NCBI GenBank assembly: GCA_002269645.1
Contig: NIVC01002524.1
Location: forward strand, 62,001-126,000
Direction: 5' to 3'
From: Macrostomum lignano
Taxonomy: Eukaryota
DNA length: 64,000 bases
Below the pieces are notes generated by a model. It worked only from the letters and a program-made list of their open reading frames with translations. It was not told the DNA's origin and ran no database searches. The position numbers were made by a program, and so were the translations under genes. Below are positions 11,069-23,272 of the stretch, in pieces (position 1 is the first letter of the stretch; every line of letters starts with the position of its first letter).

Positions 11069-11986
11069 GCTCAAGGCGCATCAAAGCAACTGCCACCGCT
11101 CAGCCCGGCCGATGAGCAGCGGCTGCGCCAGCTGACCGCTTACGTCAGCGAGGCTGTTGGCGAGCCGGCCGCAGCTAAAAGCGGAGGAGCAGCCGGAGTT
11201 GCCGCCTCCGCTCGCGCCGAACGCGCGGCTCAGCTGGCGTCTCAGCTGAGCCGGGCCGGCCACTCCGGGCGCCTGCGCGCGCTCGCCGATGACGCTCTGG
11301 CCGGCGCCAGACGACGCGCCTGCGCCAGTCTGGTCGGCGCCCTTAGCGGCGACTTTCTGCGCGCCGTAGTGGCCGCCTGTCAGCGGCACCGCCAGTCGGT
11401 CAGCTCACTGGAGTCGGCGCTGAAGTTGCGGCTGGCCGACTCGGCCAATGCCGGCATGCGCGAGGAGGTGCTCGGCTTCCGGCCGGTGGCAGACGCTCTG
11501 GACCAGCTGCTGGCCGAGCTGGTGTCCGCCGAGCCCCGCACCAGCAGCGACGCCGCGCCCGGAGCCAATCGGCTGCGCGCCCTGTGCGACGCGCTGGCCT
11601 CCGTTGGCGCCTTCGACTCGCTGGTCTGGTCGCGACATCTCCGGCCGCGCCTTGCCGCCGAGTTCGCCGTCCTGGCCGAGTCGCTGCTGGCCGGCGCCGC
11701 CGACGCGGCCGCCTACCTGACCGCCGTTCGGGACGCCGCTGAGCGAGTGGCCGGTCGGGCGGCCCGCCGCTATCGGCCTGAGGTGGCATCGGCGACGAAG
11801 GCGCTGGCGGCCGAGGCTCTGGTGCGGGGCCACTGGGCAACCTGCGTGCAGCTGCTGGCTGCCGACCTGCAAGAGGCCAGCGGCGTCGAGCCGCTGGCCA
11901 GGCTGTGCCGCTCCCTGCCCGCTGAGTTCGGCGCCACCCAGCTGCTGGCGGAGGCCGCGCTGGCAGCCGGGTGGCGCTGCCTGACA
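11069..11986 (+). CDS. Large GC-rich coding exon, tentatively a divergent cullin N-terminal helical repeat; gene ends unresolved
   Basis: Acceptor tttcaaag (AG at 11067-68); stop-free frame from 11069 with strong GC3 bias. AYLTAVRDAAERVAGRAARRYRPEVASATKALAAEALVRGHW has the pattern of cullin repeat [42 protein letters not shown] (recalled). Possible donor at 11987; unspliced, the frame continues to 12322. Confidence 0.55.
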
Positions 11987-12314
11987 GTGGGGGACTGGCC
12001 TGATCTGGCTTTGGGGGACTGGCCTGATCTGACAGGGTGGGACTGGCCTGATCTGACAGTGGGGGACTGGCCTGATCTGACAGTCGCGGACTGGCCTGAT
12101 CTGACAGTGGCGGACTGGCCTGATCTGACAGTGGCGGACTGGCTTGATCTGACAGTGGCGGACTGGCCTGATCTGACAGTGGCGGACTGGCCTGATCTGA
12201 CAGTGGGGGACTGGCCTGATCTGACAGAGGGGGACTGGCCTGATCTGACAGTGGGGGACTGGCCTGATCTGGCAGGGTGGGACTGGCCTGACCTGACAGG
12301 GTGGGACTGGCCTA
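11980..12314. repeat. 24-bp minisatellite (CTGACAGTGGCGGACTGGCCTGAT)
   Basis: About 14 units, in frame with the preceding exon (LTVADWPD). Confidence 0.95.
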
Positions 12315-13080
12315 GTTCGTGACTGATTGGGAATTAGATCGGTAGGCTATTAGCTACTCATAACTTTCAGTAGCATAGTAAGCACATCTGTGTCCATCCA
12401 GTACTGCCAGCTCGTACAAATGCTTTTTATACCTACTTTTTCATAGACTGTGATTCCCCAGTTTTACTAGCCTGTAAAAAGTGTGCCTTATTCTACTTAA
12501 GTCAGTAGTGTGTTGCGGTGCTTATCAATGAATACTTGCTAATAGCTTTTTGCATTTTTTATCGATGTGGATTGCAGAGTTCTTTTAACAGCTTTTTTAC
12601 GTAACCGAGAAATATTTTATAGAAGTTTATTTCGAATACTTGGAAATTCCGATCTATTTTTTGAGGCCGTTCAATTGACATTCACGTATCAGTGCTCAAA
12701 ATAGTTTTGTTTTTTAGACTTTGAAGTAGTCGTTTCTTCAGCAACAATACATTGCCAGTTTAGCCTGAAAGCAGCAGGACTTTATTGTTTATTTATTTAT
12801 TTGCAAATTTGCAAATTGACAATAAACCGGGGTTACTGGTTTCTACTATCAGTAGTACACTCGGTGCATTATACTTGAACTTCGAGTTCTTCTTCAAAGT
12901 TGGTAAACACCAGGCTGCGGCTGTTGCTGGTGTTGGCAGCAGCAATGGAAGCCTCGCTATTGATGCCGCGAATGGCGCGCTGCGGCTCCGGCTGGCATGA
13001 CCGGCTGGGGAGGCGAGTGTGGTGATTGGAAGATTGGCAGCGCGCATTCGAATCCCGTTGCTTGTGGGATAAATTGGCAA

Positions 13081-16000
13081 TCATGGGCCCTGCCGCAAAT
13101 CAAAGCAACAGTCGATCCGGGGGCAGCTAGGGGGAGCCAACCAGTCAAGCATTCCACTGAAGCTCGAAACTTCACAGATTCGAAACTTCACAGATTCGAA
13201 ACTTCACAGATTTGAAACTTCACAGAATCGAACCTACACAGAATCGAAAATTCACAGAATCGAAACTTCACAGAATCAAATCTTCACAGAATCGAATCTT
13301 CACAGAATCGAAACTTCACAGAATCGAAACTTCACAGAATCGAATCTTTACAGAATCGAATCTTTACAAAATCGAACCTTCACAGAATCGAACTTTCACA
13401 GAATCGAACCTTCATAGAATCGAACCTTTAATGAATCGAATCTTCACAGATTCGAAACTTTACAAGCTCGAAAATTCACAAAATCGAAACTTCACAGAAT
13501 CGAAACTTCACAGAATCGAAAATTCACAGAACCGAAACTTCACAGAATCGAACCTTCACAGAATCGAACCTTCACAGAATCGAAAATTCACAGAACCGAA
13601 ACTTCACAGAATCGAACCTTCACAGAATCGAACCTTCACAGAATCGAAAATTCACAGAATCGAAACTTCACAGAATCGAACCTTCACAGAATCGAAACTT
13701 CACAGATTCGAAACTTCACAGAATCGAAACTTCACAGAATCGAACCTTCACAGAATCGAAACTTCACAGATTCGAAACTTCACAGAATCGAAACTTCACA
13801 GAATCGAAACTTCACAGAATCGAAAATTCACAGAATCGAACCTTCACAGAATCGAAAATTCACAGAATCGAAACTTCACAGAATCGAACCTTCACAGAAT
13901 CGAAAATTCACAGAATCGAAACTTCACAGAATCGAAACTTCACAGAATCGAAACTTCACAGAATCGAACCTTCACAGAATCGAAACTTCACAGATTCGAA
14001 ACTTCACAGAATCGAAACTTCACAGAATCGAACCTTCACAGAATCAAATCTTTACAGAATCGAAACTTCACAGAATCGAAACTTCACAGAATCGAATCTT
14101 CACAGAATCGAAACTTCACAGAATCGAAACTTCACAGAATCGAAACTTCACAGAATCGAAACTTCACAGAGTTAAAACTTCACCAGCTCGAACCTTGACG
14201 TCCCCAATTGGTGACTCTATTTCCTAGCAGTAATTTCCCAACATTCACAATTGATCGGGTCCGCTGAATACTGAATTAGACTAGCCATCTATTCGGTTCT
14301 AAACTGGCTACTTATAAGTAGTCATAAGCGGAATGCATGCACATATTCGGCACAAAGCAACGGTTTTCACGGCCGATGCATGCAGTAAGCGGGGCCACGC
14401 CCCCTGCGCAGCTCAGGCTGGCTAGATCTGGGGGGACACGCCCAGTCTCACAATGATTGAATTCCGCTTTTGACACAGGGAGGGGGACGCCTGCACTATA
14501 GCCCCATACCCCCATACAATAAAAATCGCGGGGCGGCTCAAGCCATTGGAAACCTTTCATGTTCATTTGTCCGACATTTTGTGTTCTTTTTTGCTTGAAT
14601 GCTTGCGTTTATTGGGCACCCAACCCACCATGCGATTTCAATTTGAAAATTGGCATTCATCTTAGCTCTCTGTCGGGCTTGTAAATGGATGCGATTTTCT
14701 CTGTCTCACCAGTCGCCGTCAGCGGCCAGGCTTTTGCTTGAGGAGCTCCGCCGTCGTCTTCGATGATGCTCAGCATGGCAACCGGAGCCGTGACGGCAGC
14801 AGCAGCAGCAGTGGGCGCTGCCGTCACCGATTGTGGCCACTTCCTGCAGCTTGCTGGCTGCCAGTCTAAGGCTGGCGTCCACGTCTGAAGTGCTGCCACT
14901 GCCGCGTCCGCCTCTGTTGGTTGAGGGTTGGTGCTAGGGTTATGGCTAGGGCTATGGCTAGGGCTATGGCTAGGGCTATGGCTAGGGTTATGGCTAGGGT
15001 TATGGTTAGGGTCATGGCTAGGGCTATGGCTAGGGCTATGGCTAGGGCTAATGCTATGGTTATGGCTAGGGTTATGCCTAGGGTTATGGCTAGGGTTATG
15101 CCTAGGGTTATGCCTAGGGTTATGCCTAGGGTTATGGCTATGGTTATGGCTAGGGTTATGGTTAGGGTCATGGCTAAGGCTCTGGCTAGGTTAGGATTAG
15201 GGTTTAAGGGTTCTGATTTACTTATCTTGGTTGAGAAGGAGCTTTCTACACAGATGCAACCTAAAGATTGCATGAATTTGTTTTGTTACCTGGTAAACAA
15301 AAGAGGTAAACAAAGCAGGTATTAGTTAATTAGTAAATTCGTTAACTATTTAGTTATTACTTTAATCTAATTAATTTCGTTAATTAATTAAGTAAGTTAA
15401 TTAATTAGTTAATTCGTTAAGTAACAATAGAGAATGCTAAACCATGCCTGTAGGCCTTCCTCTTATTTTTCGCATTCGTGAAGTCCCTCCCTAGCAGTTG
15501 ATTGATTAAATTTTAAAGCAATTGCTTCTGAGCGATTTATGATAAAAATAGAACTCGCAGACGCTGAGAAATGGCAGCAGAGTTTGTGCAGAATGCAATG
15601 CTCTATTATTTTCATTTTCAGCAGTTCACCAGCAACCCTAGCGGTCCGTCCCCATTGTCAAGGAAAAACTAGCAAAAAGCTAAAAACAAACAATTAGAAA
15701 ATCAGACGTTAGCGAAGGACCCCAGCTACAATATTCTTTGTCATACTTTTCGAACAATTTTTTGTTGGCTTTGAATCAGATTTTTAAACATTTTTTTTCA
15801 TATGATGAACTGCCGGAGCTTCATCTATCATTGGCTATGACCAATAAATTATGACATCAATTTTGATTATGACCAATTATGACAGATCAATTTTGACTAT
15901 GACCAATTATGACAGATCAATTTTGACTATGACCAATTATGACAGATCAATTTTGACTATGACCAATTATGACAGATCAATTTTGACTATGACCAATTAT

Positions 16001-19000
16001 GACAGATCAATTTTGACTATGACCAATTATGACAGATCAATTTTGACTATGACCAATTATGACAGATTAATATTGACTATGACCTATCTATGACCAATAT
16101 TGAGTATGACCAATCTATGACCAATATTGACTATGACCACTATGACCAATATTGAGTATGACCAATCTATGACCAATATTGACTATGACCACTAAATAAT
16201 GACAACAATTTTGACTATGACCAATTATGACAGATTAATATTGACTATGACCAATCTATGACCAATATTGAGAATGACCAATCTATGACCAATATTGACT
16301 ATGACCACTATGACCAATATTGAGTATGACCAATCTATGACCAATATTGACTATGACCACTCAATGATCAATATTAAGTATGAGCACTCAATGACCAATA
16401 TTGAGTATGACCAATCTATGACCAATATTGACTATGACCACTAAATAATGACATCAATTTTGACTATGACCAATTATGACATCAATTTTGACTATGACCA
16501 ATTATGACATCAATTTTGACTATGACCAATTATGACATCAATTTTGACTATGACCAATTATGACAGATTAATATTGACTATGACCAATCTATGACCAATA
16601 TTGAGTATGACCAATCTATGACCAATATTGACTATGACCACTATGACCAATATTGACTATGACCAATCTATGACCAATATTGACTATGACCACTCTATGA
16701 TCAATATTGAGTATGAGCACTCTGTGATCAATACTGACTATGGAAGCCCTATGATCAATACTGACTACAGCAAGTAGTGCATATATGACCAGTAAAATCC
16801 ATGACTCAGATTGCTTGTCATGCCTGTCACTGCGATGACATGATTATCGATTTTCAATTCCAAAGAGACTGTGCACCATCAGTGCAGTCTACCCAGCCGA
16901 GCTCACCCAGCTGCTCTTGGCGGCATGTCCGCCGAGTTCTCCTTGGTCTGGTAGGCCGAGTCGCCCAGCCTGGCCTTCACTGGCGTCGGGCAGTCCCGCT
17001 CGCTGCGGCGGTGGCCGCGGTGACGCTGACATCGATTTCGGCTGCTGCTGCAGCTGGAGCGGCAGCTGCCCTGACGGTTGAGCGGCTGCGGCGGCGGCGG
17101 CGGCGGCGGCCCGGCCTGAGGCTTCTGTGTCGGCGCCGACTCAATCGAAAGCTGCACCTCCGCCGCCGCGCCCGCTGCCGCAGCATCCGTTGCCGTTGCC
17201 GCCGCTTCAGATGTCGGCGACTGCCTAGACGATACGCTGGCAGTGTCGCCGCCGCTCTCCCGCGGATGCTCTGGCCCACCGCCCAAGCATTCGAATCCGA
17301 AGTCTTGCGCGAATTCGTTGTCGTTGTCGTCCTCCAGCGCCCGGCGCCTCAGCCGGAGGAGTTGCCGCTGCCGCAGCTGCCTGCCAGCAGCCGGCAGGAT
17401 CGCCGAGTGCGACTCGGTGGCGCGGCGGCTCCAGTCCTCCACGTAGATGAAGGTGTCCCCGGCCACGATGGGGGAGCGACAGTCGCCAGCGACGTCCTCC
17501 AGCGAAGGCGTCGGCGAGGCCAGCCGCGGCGGGCAGAGCTCCGCTGCCGAGGCCGAGGCTGGCGCGGCCGCTGCCCAGGCGCCCTTCGTCGAGTAGGTAG
17601 ACTTCGCTGAGGACGCTGCCACCGCCGCCGCCGCCGCCGAGGGCTCCGTCGCAAACGCCGCAGCTGAGGAAATCGGCGGCACGGCCAGCAACATCGGCGG
17701 TGGCGGCCGCGGCTGCGCGGACTCGCACAGCTGGCGGAGCTCCGCCCTGAACCGCTCCAGCCGGCGGTTCGCCAGCTCCTCGACGCGTCCTCTGGCGACG
17801 CCGGCATCGGTGCCGGGGCCGCAGGACACCGCCGAGACCGACCGGCGCCGACGCCGCTCCCGACCCTGACGTCGGAGCTGCCGGCTGGAGTTGCGGCGCT
17901 CGCGCCCGTCGGCCTGACTTCCCGCCTCCCCCTGCTCCTCCTCCAACTCGTCCGCTGCAGCCGCTTCGGCAGCAGCCGCCTTGGCCGCGGCGCAGCTCAT
18001 GTCCTCGATGGAGTTGCACTTCACCGCCTGGGCACCCTTGGCTCGGGCCTCCGCAGCTGTGGGTTGCTGGGCCAGCAGCCACGAGGCCACCCCGCTGTTG
18101 AACTCGCCACCGCAGCAGCTGGACGCCGACAGTCGCGGCTGCAAGGCTGGCAGCGGCTCCGCGTCCTCCGCCATAAGGCATCGCCGGCTTCGACTTCTTC
18201 GGCGGTGCTCCTGACCGCAGCTGCTCCCGGCCTCGGCGCCGCCTTCTCCGTGAAACCGCGCCCTCAGCACGAGCACCTCGGCCTGGAATCGACGCCAGCA
18301 GCGGCGGCAGGTGCAACCGGCGGAAGCCTGGCGGACCAGCCGGTCCAACAGTTGACGACGATTCGCCGCCGTCTCCGAGGTGTCCAGCGGGCCTTCAGCT
18401 GGCGGTCCGGGCGCCTCCGCCTCTGCCTCGGCCTCCTCCTGGCAGCAGCGGCGGCAGCGGCGCCCCCGTCTTCGCCGGGAACTTCCGCCGCCGTTCCAGC
18501 CTTCGTTATCGGCGATGTTCAATCGTCCAGCATCGCCTGCAGCCGACGACATCGCGGCGAAGTCGATGCAGCTCCTGCTGCCGCCGCAGACGCTTCCGCC
18601 ATGCCCATCCCGGCTTCGGCGGTGCCGCCGACTGCGTCGCCGACTCGACGACTCGGCGGCTCCGGTGGCCGCCGTGGCAGCCGACTCGCTGGTGCCCGCG
18701 CTGGCCATGGTGGTCGTGCGGTTCCGCGCGAACGCTCGCCTCTTGCTTGAGCAGCGGCGGCTACCGGCGCCGCCCTCCTCGCCTGTCGGCGAGTCCACGG
18801 TGAACAACACGCTGTCCGCCGCGGTCCGCAGCGCCAGCCGGCTGGCCACCTCGTCAGCGAGGGCCCGCATTGCCGCTTCCGCTTCGGCCGCTTCGTCTGC
18901 TTCCGCCGCTGTGACCTCGGATGACCTGACGGCCAAGGGGCTCGAAGCGTGAAACTGCAGAGTCGGCGACTGCTGGGTCGGCGACCTGCGGCCAGGGCCT

Positions 19001-21166
19001 TCGACGTGGTTGCTGGGAGTGACCTGCGGGAAAAATGTAAAAAAAGATGAACAACTGGCAGTTTGTAATCTGAACAATTCAAAACTGGATAATTGTTCTC
19101 GTCAAAATACTTTAAATTCGCCATCCGTTCTGACGCAAGATGAAGTTTTCAGCATTAAATCAGACCGAGTGGACTCAGAAATGAGAGTGCACTTTTTATT
19201 GCAACTGCAACTCCGTCTGCGTCTCCTACTGTAATGTCTCCTTCAATACCGCTCATACCGCTCTCTCTACGTCTCACCCCTTCTATCTCTCTCTACGTCT
19301 CTCCCCTTCTATCTCTCTCTACGTATCTCCCCTTCTATCTCTCTCTACGTCTCTCCCCTTCTATCTCTCTCTACGTCTCTCCCCTTCTATCTCTCTCTAC
19401 GTCTCTCCCCTTCTATCTCCGTCCCACCCCTTCTATCTCTCTCTCCCTCTCTTCCCTTCTATCTCCGTCTCACCGCTTCTATCTCCGTCTCTCCCCTTCT
19501 ATCTCCGTCTCACCCCTTCTATCTCCGTCTCTCCCCTTCTCTCTCCGTCTCACCCCTTCTATCTCTCTCTGTCTCTCCCTTTCTCTCCGTCCCACCCCTT
19601 CTATCTCTCTCTGTCTCTCCCTTTCTCTCCGTCTCTCCCCTTCTATCTCTCTCTGTCTCTCCCTTTCTCTCCGTCCCACCCCTTCTATCTCTCTCTGTCT
19701 CTCCCTTTCTCTCCGTCTCTCCCCTTCTAATTCCTTCCCTCTCACTTCCACTAGAACTCTGGCTACATGTACTAGCATTGTTATTCTCAGCACGGCACTC
19801 GACCAGTCACTGTTGCAGTCAGCCTATCATATCTCAAAGAGAGCCGAGCCCTCATACCTCGCCAGCCTCCAAGTCAAAGTCGAACGCAGTCACTCCCGTG
19901 TACTGCCTCGCCTGGTAGCCTAAAATTTCAGAAAACAATGGAGGTCAAATTTCACGTACTACAGTAATAAAGACGGTAGTTTTAGTTAATAAAAACTATC
20001 TAGTAGAGACAAAATGCGTTAGAACAAAGAAAGTTTCGCTATTGAAGTCAACCGAGACCTCTATTATTGAACAGACATTTAATATTTGATGCCTGCCTTT
20101 GAGGTGTGAAAATCTTTGAATCCATCTTTGTGTGTGCTATATCCGAGAGCTCATTATTGGCTCGTGAAAGTTCATTGTACTCTGTTGTCCCTCTTAGCCC
20201 TCATTATTGCATGTAAGAGCATGAGATTGAAAGCTGCCCGTCATCTCTGTGTTATAAATATTAAATGCTAGATTTTAGCGCCAATTTAGATTTGACTAGC
20301 GCCAATTTAGGCTAGATTTTAGCGCCAATTTAGATTTGACTAGCGCCAAATTAGGCTAGATTTTAGCAATAAATTAGTCGAGATTTTAGCGCAAATTTAG
20401 ATTAGATTTTAGCAATAAATTAGTCGAGATTTTAGCGCCAATGTAAGTTAGATTTTAGCTCCAATTTAAGTTTAATTTAGATTTTAACGTCAATTTAGAC
20501 TAGATTTTAGTGCCAATTAAATTAAATTTTGGCGCCGATTTAGACTAGATTTTAGCGGCCAAGTTAGACTATATTTTAGCGCCAATTTAATTAAATTTTG
20601 GCGCCGATTTAGACTAGATTTTAGCGGCCAAGTTAGACTATATTTTAGCGCCAATTTAATTAAATTTTGGCGCCGATTTAGACTAGATTTTAGCGGCCAA
20701 GTTAGACTATATTTTAGCGCCAATTTAATTAAATTTTGGCGCCGATTTAGACTAGATTTTAGCGGCCAAGTTAGACTATATTTAAGCGCCAATTTAGGAT
20801 CAAATGGGAAGACAATGCTGCTTCTTGATGTGCCTTAATGAGGCACAATGATTTCTACTCACCCGAGCCGACAGTCGCGGCTTCCATCGCAAAAGCTCCA
20901 TCAGCTGCCTCCGCGTCCACCGCTGAGGAGGCCTTCCAGCGGAACAGCCGGCACCGGGACAGGTCGTCTTCGTACTGCCGCTTGATGCAGGTGACGAGGC
21001 CCAGCAGCAGCAGCAGGCCAACCAGAGCGATGGCGCCGATCCAGAACGGCCCGTCTAGCAGGCTCTGCGGTGTTGGCTGCGGCGTCGGACGCGTTGCCAT
21101 GGTCACCGCCGCTGATGCTGCGGATGCCGCATCGATGAAGCTTGGCGCCGGTGGCGTGGTTGCCAT
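13081..21166 (-). CDS. Uncharacterised single-pass (type III-like) membrane protein with a long disordered cytoplasmic tail, about 920 aa; complement(join(13081..13156,14710..14913,16907..19023,19858..19919,20863..21166))
   Basis: TM segment FWIGAIALVGLLLLLGLVTCI followed by KRQ. Canonical splice sites with consistent phases (1,0,2,2); total 2763 nt. ATG at 21166 is in a ccATGG context. The last two exons are tentative; without splicing the frame stops at 16903. Confidence 0.65.
13165..14185. repeat. 16-bp minisatellite (CTTCACAGAATCGAAA)
   Basis: About 63 units; abuts the minus-strand acceptor at 13157. Confidence 0.95.
14930..15200. repeat. 12-bp (6+6) repeat GCTAGGGTTATG
   Basis: About 22 units; abuts the minus-strand acceptor at 14914. 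Confidence 0.9.
15832..16770. repeat. AT-rich minisatellite of about 30 bp (TCAATTTTGACTATGACCAATTATGACAGA) with shorter variants
   Basis: Tandem units visible. Confidence 0.9.
19262..19728. repeat. CT-rich minisatellite (CCCCTTCTATCTCTCTCTACGTCTC-like)
   Basis: Tandem variable units inside the intron 19024-19857. Confidence 0.9.
20268..20797. repeat. About 23-bp minisatellite with a 69-bp higher-order repeat (20515-20790)
   Basis: Four near-identical 69-bp blocks (23-aa period in the spurious ORF). Confidence 0.9.
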
Positions 21167-21267
21167 GGAGACTGCGGATTACTGTGGGAGGTTAGCAACA
21201 ACAAAAGGCTAAGGATAGGTGACTGAGGGACTGGAAGGAGAGGCGGAGGGAAGGAGTGGCTAAACAG

Positions 21268-21738
21268 TATGAGTGAGGCTGAGTGAGTCTGAATGAGTCT
21301 GAGTGAGTGTGAATGAGTCTGAGTGAGTCTGAATGAGTCTGAGTGAGTGTGAATGAGTCTGAATGAGTCTGAGTGAGTCTGAGTGAGTCTGAGTGAGTCT
21401 GAGTGAGTCTGAGTGAGTGTGAATGAGTCTGAGTGAGTCTGAATGAGTCTGAGTGAGTCTGAGTGAGTGTGAATGAGTCTGAATGAGTCTGAGTGAGTAT
21501 GAGTGAGTGTGAATGAGTCTGAGTGAGTCTGAATGAGTCTGAATGAGTCTGAGTGAGTCTGAGTGAGTCTGAGTGAGTCTGAGTGAGTCTGAGTGAGTCT
21601 GAGTGAGTGTGAATGAGTCTGAATGAGTCTGAGTGAGTCTGAATGAGTCTGAGTGAGTCTGAGTGAGTCTGAATGAGTCTGAATGAGTCTGAGTGAGTCT
21701 GAGTGAGTCTGAGTGAGTCTGAGTGAGTCTGAGTGAGT
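21268..21738. repeat. 10-bp repeat (GAGTGAGTCT/GAATGAGTCT)
   Basis: About 47 units; lies between an acceptor at about 21172 and a gtaagt donor at 21806 on the minus strand. Confidence 0.95.
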
Positions 21739-22364
21739 CCTATTGCGCAGACCACAGGGCAACGCAGAGAGCCAGCTGAAAGTGAGGGAGTTCAGCTGGA
21801 ACTTACTTGCAAAGCCGGCGGCTCCAAGCGACCGTGGGCAGTTACTGTACCCTTGGTCGATGTTTTATCGACATGCGCCGGTGCTAGATACTCGAGTATA
21901 TGTAGTTCGATTGGGATAATGGGGACTCTCTGGCAGGCACTCTCACTGCTCCGCCCTTCCAGCAGCCAGTGATCGAAAGCCTGCAGCTTCATCCCGAGTT
22001 CCTCTTCTCTCTCCATCCGATCTCTCAGACTGGCGCAGCCTCCGGGGTGAAAGCTGACCCGGACAGGAGGCTGGGAGTGCCTGCAATTATCTATTCGACA
22101 AATCCATTTGCATAAAAAATATTGTTGCATTCTCTGTACTCGCAGGCGGCTGTGGCCATGAGCTCTGCTTCCGCGTTTTTTAAGCACTAAAAATAAGAAA
22201 CGCTTTATATCTTCTTGGGGTCAGTGGGGAAACTCGGACACCCCGTGACCTGTGGAAAATCAAAAAAATATCCTTGCACTTTTGCTGGCAGTGCAGGTTC
22301 TTCATCAAACGACCAACAACAGAGCTTTTTAGTGGTAGACTGTCTCGATAGCCCCATGATTCTT

Positions 22365-23272
22365 GGGGGAGGCCGCTGTGCTACCCCCATGGTCCACAGG
22401 AGGAGGCCGCTGTGCTACCCCCATGGTCCACAGGAGGCCGCTGTGCTACCCCCGTGGTCCTCAGGAGGAGGCCGCTGTGCTACCCCCATGGTCCTCAGGA
22501 GGAGGCTGCTGTGCTACCCACGTGGTCCTCAGGAGGAGGCCGCTGTGCTACACCCGTGGTCCTCAGGAGGAGGCCGCTGTGCTACCCTTGTGGTCCTCAG
22601 GAGGAGGCTGCTGTGCTACCCCCATGGTCCTCAGGAGGAGGCTGCTGTGCTACCCCCGTGGTCCTCAGGAGGAGGCCGCTGTGCTACACCCGTGGTCCTC
22701 AGGAGGCCGCTGTGCTACCCCCATGGTCCACAGGAGGCCGCTGTGCTACCCCCGTGGTCCTCAGGAGGAGGCCGCTGTGCTACCCCCGTGGTCCTCAGGA
22801 GGAGGCCGCTGTGCTACCCTTGTGGTCCTCAGGAGGAGGCCGCTGTGCTACCCTTGTGGTCCTCAGGAGGAGGCTGCTGTGCTACCCCCATGGTCCTCAG
22901 GAGGAGGCTGCTGTGCTACCCCCATGGTCCTCAGGAGGAGGCTGCTGTGCTACCCCCATGGTCCTCAGGAGGAGGCTGCTGTGCTACCCCCGTGGTCCTC
23001 AGGAGGAGGCCGCTGTGCTACCCCCATGGTCCTCAGGAGGAGGCCGCTGTGCTACCCCCGTGGTCCTCAGGAGGAGGCCGCTGTGCTACACCCGTGGTCC
23101 TCAGGAGGAGGCCGCTGTGCTACCCCCGTGGTCCTCAGGAGGAGGCCGCTGTGCTACCCCCGTGGTCCTCAGGAGGAGGCCGCTGTGCTACCCCCGTGGT
23201 CCTCAGGAGGAGGCCGCTGTGCTACCCCCGTGGTCCTCAGGAGGAGGCCGCTGTGCTACCCCTGTGGTCCTC
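22365..23272. repeat. 34-bp (31-bp variant) GC-rich minisatellite (GGTCCTCAGGAGGAGGCCGCTGTGCTACCCCCGT)
   Basis: About 27 units. Confidence 0.95.

Noticed and set aside
12869-13084. Minus-strand ORF ending FTNFEEELEVQV* as the last exon of the TM protein
   Set aside because: It needs a phase-1 junction, but the upstream donors give phase 2. Not excluded as an alternative ending.
13212-14198. 328-aa ORF (NRNFTESKLHRIETSQ)n
   Set aside because: A 16-bp unit read through three frames; TTG start; antisense intronic position.
16801-18952. Several + strand and alternative-frame ORFs overlapping the 724-aa ORF
   Set aside because: Shadows of GC-rich coding sequence; only the minus-strand frame has phase-consistent splice sites.
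21792-22187. 131-aa minus-strand ORF with a strong gtaagt donor at 21806
   Set aside because: Splicing to either downstream acceptor gives an early stop or the wrong frame; more likely a 5' UTR exon or uORF of the TM gene.
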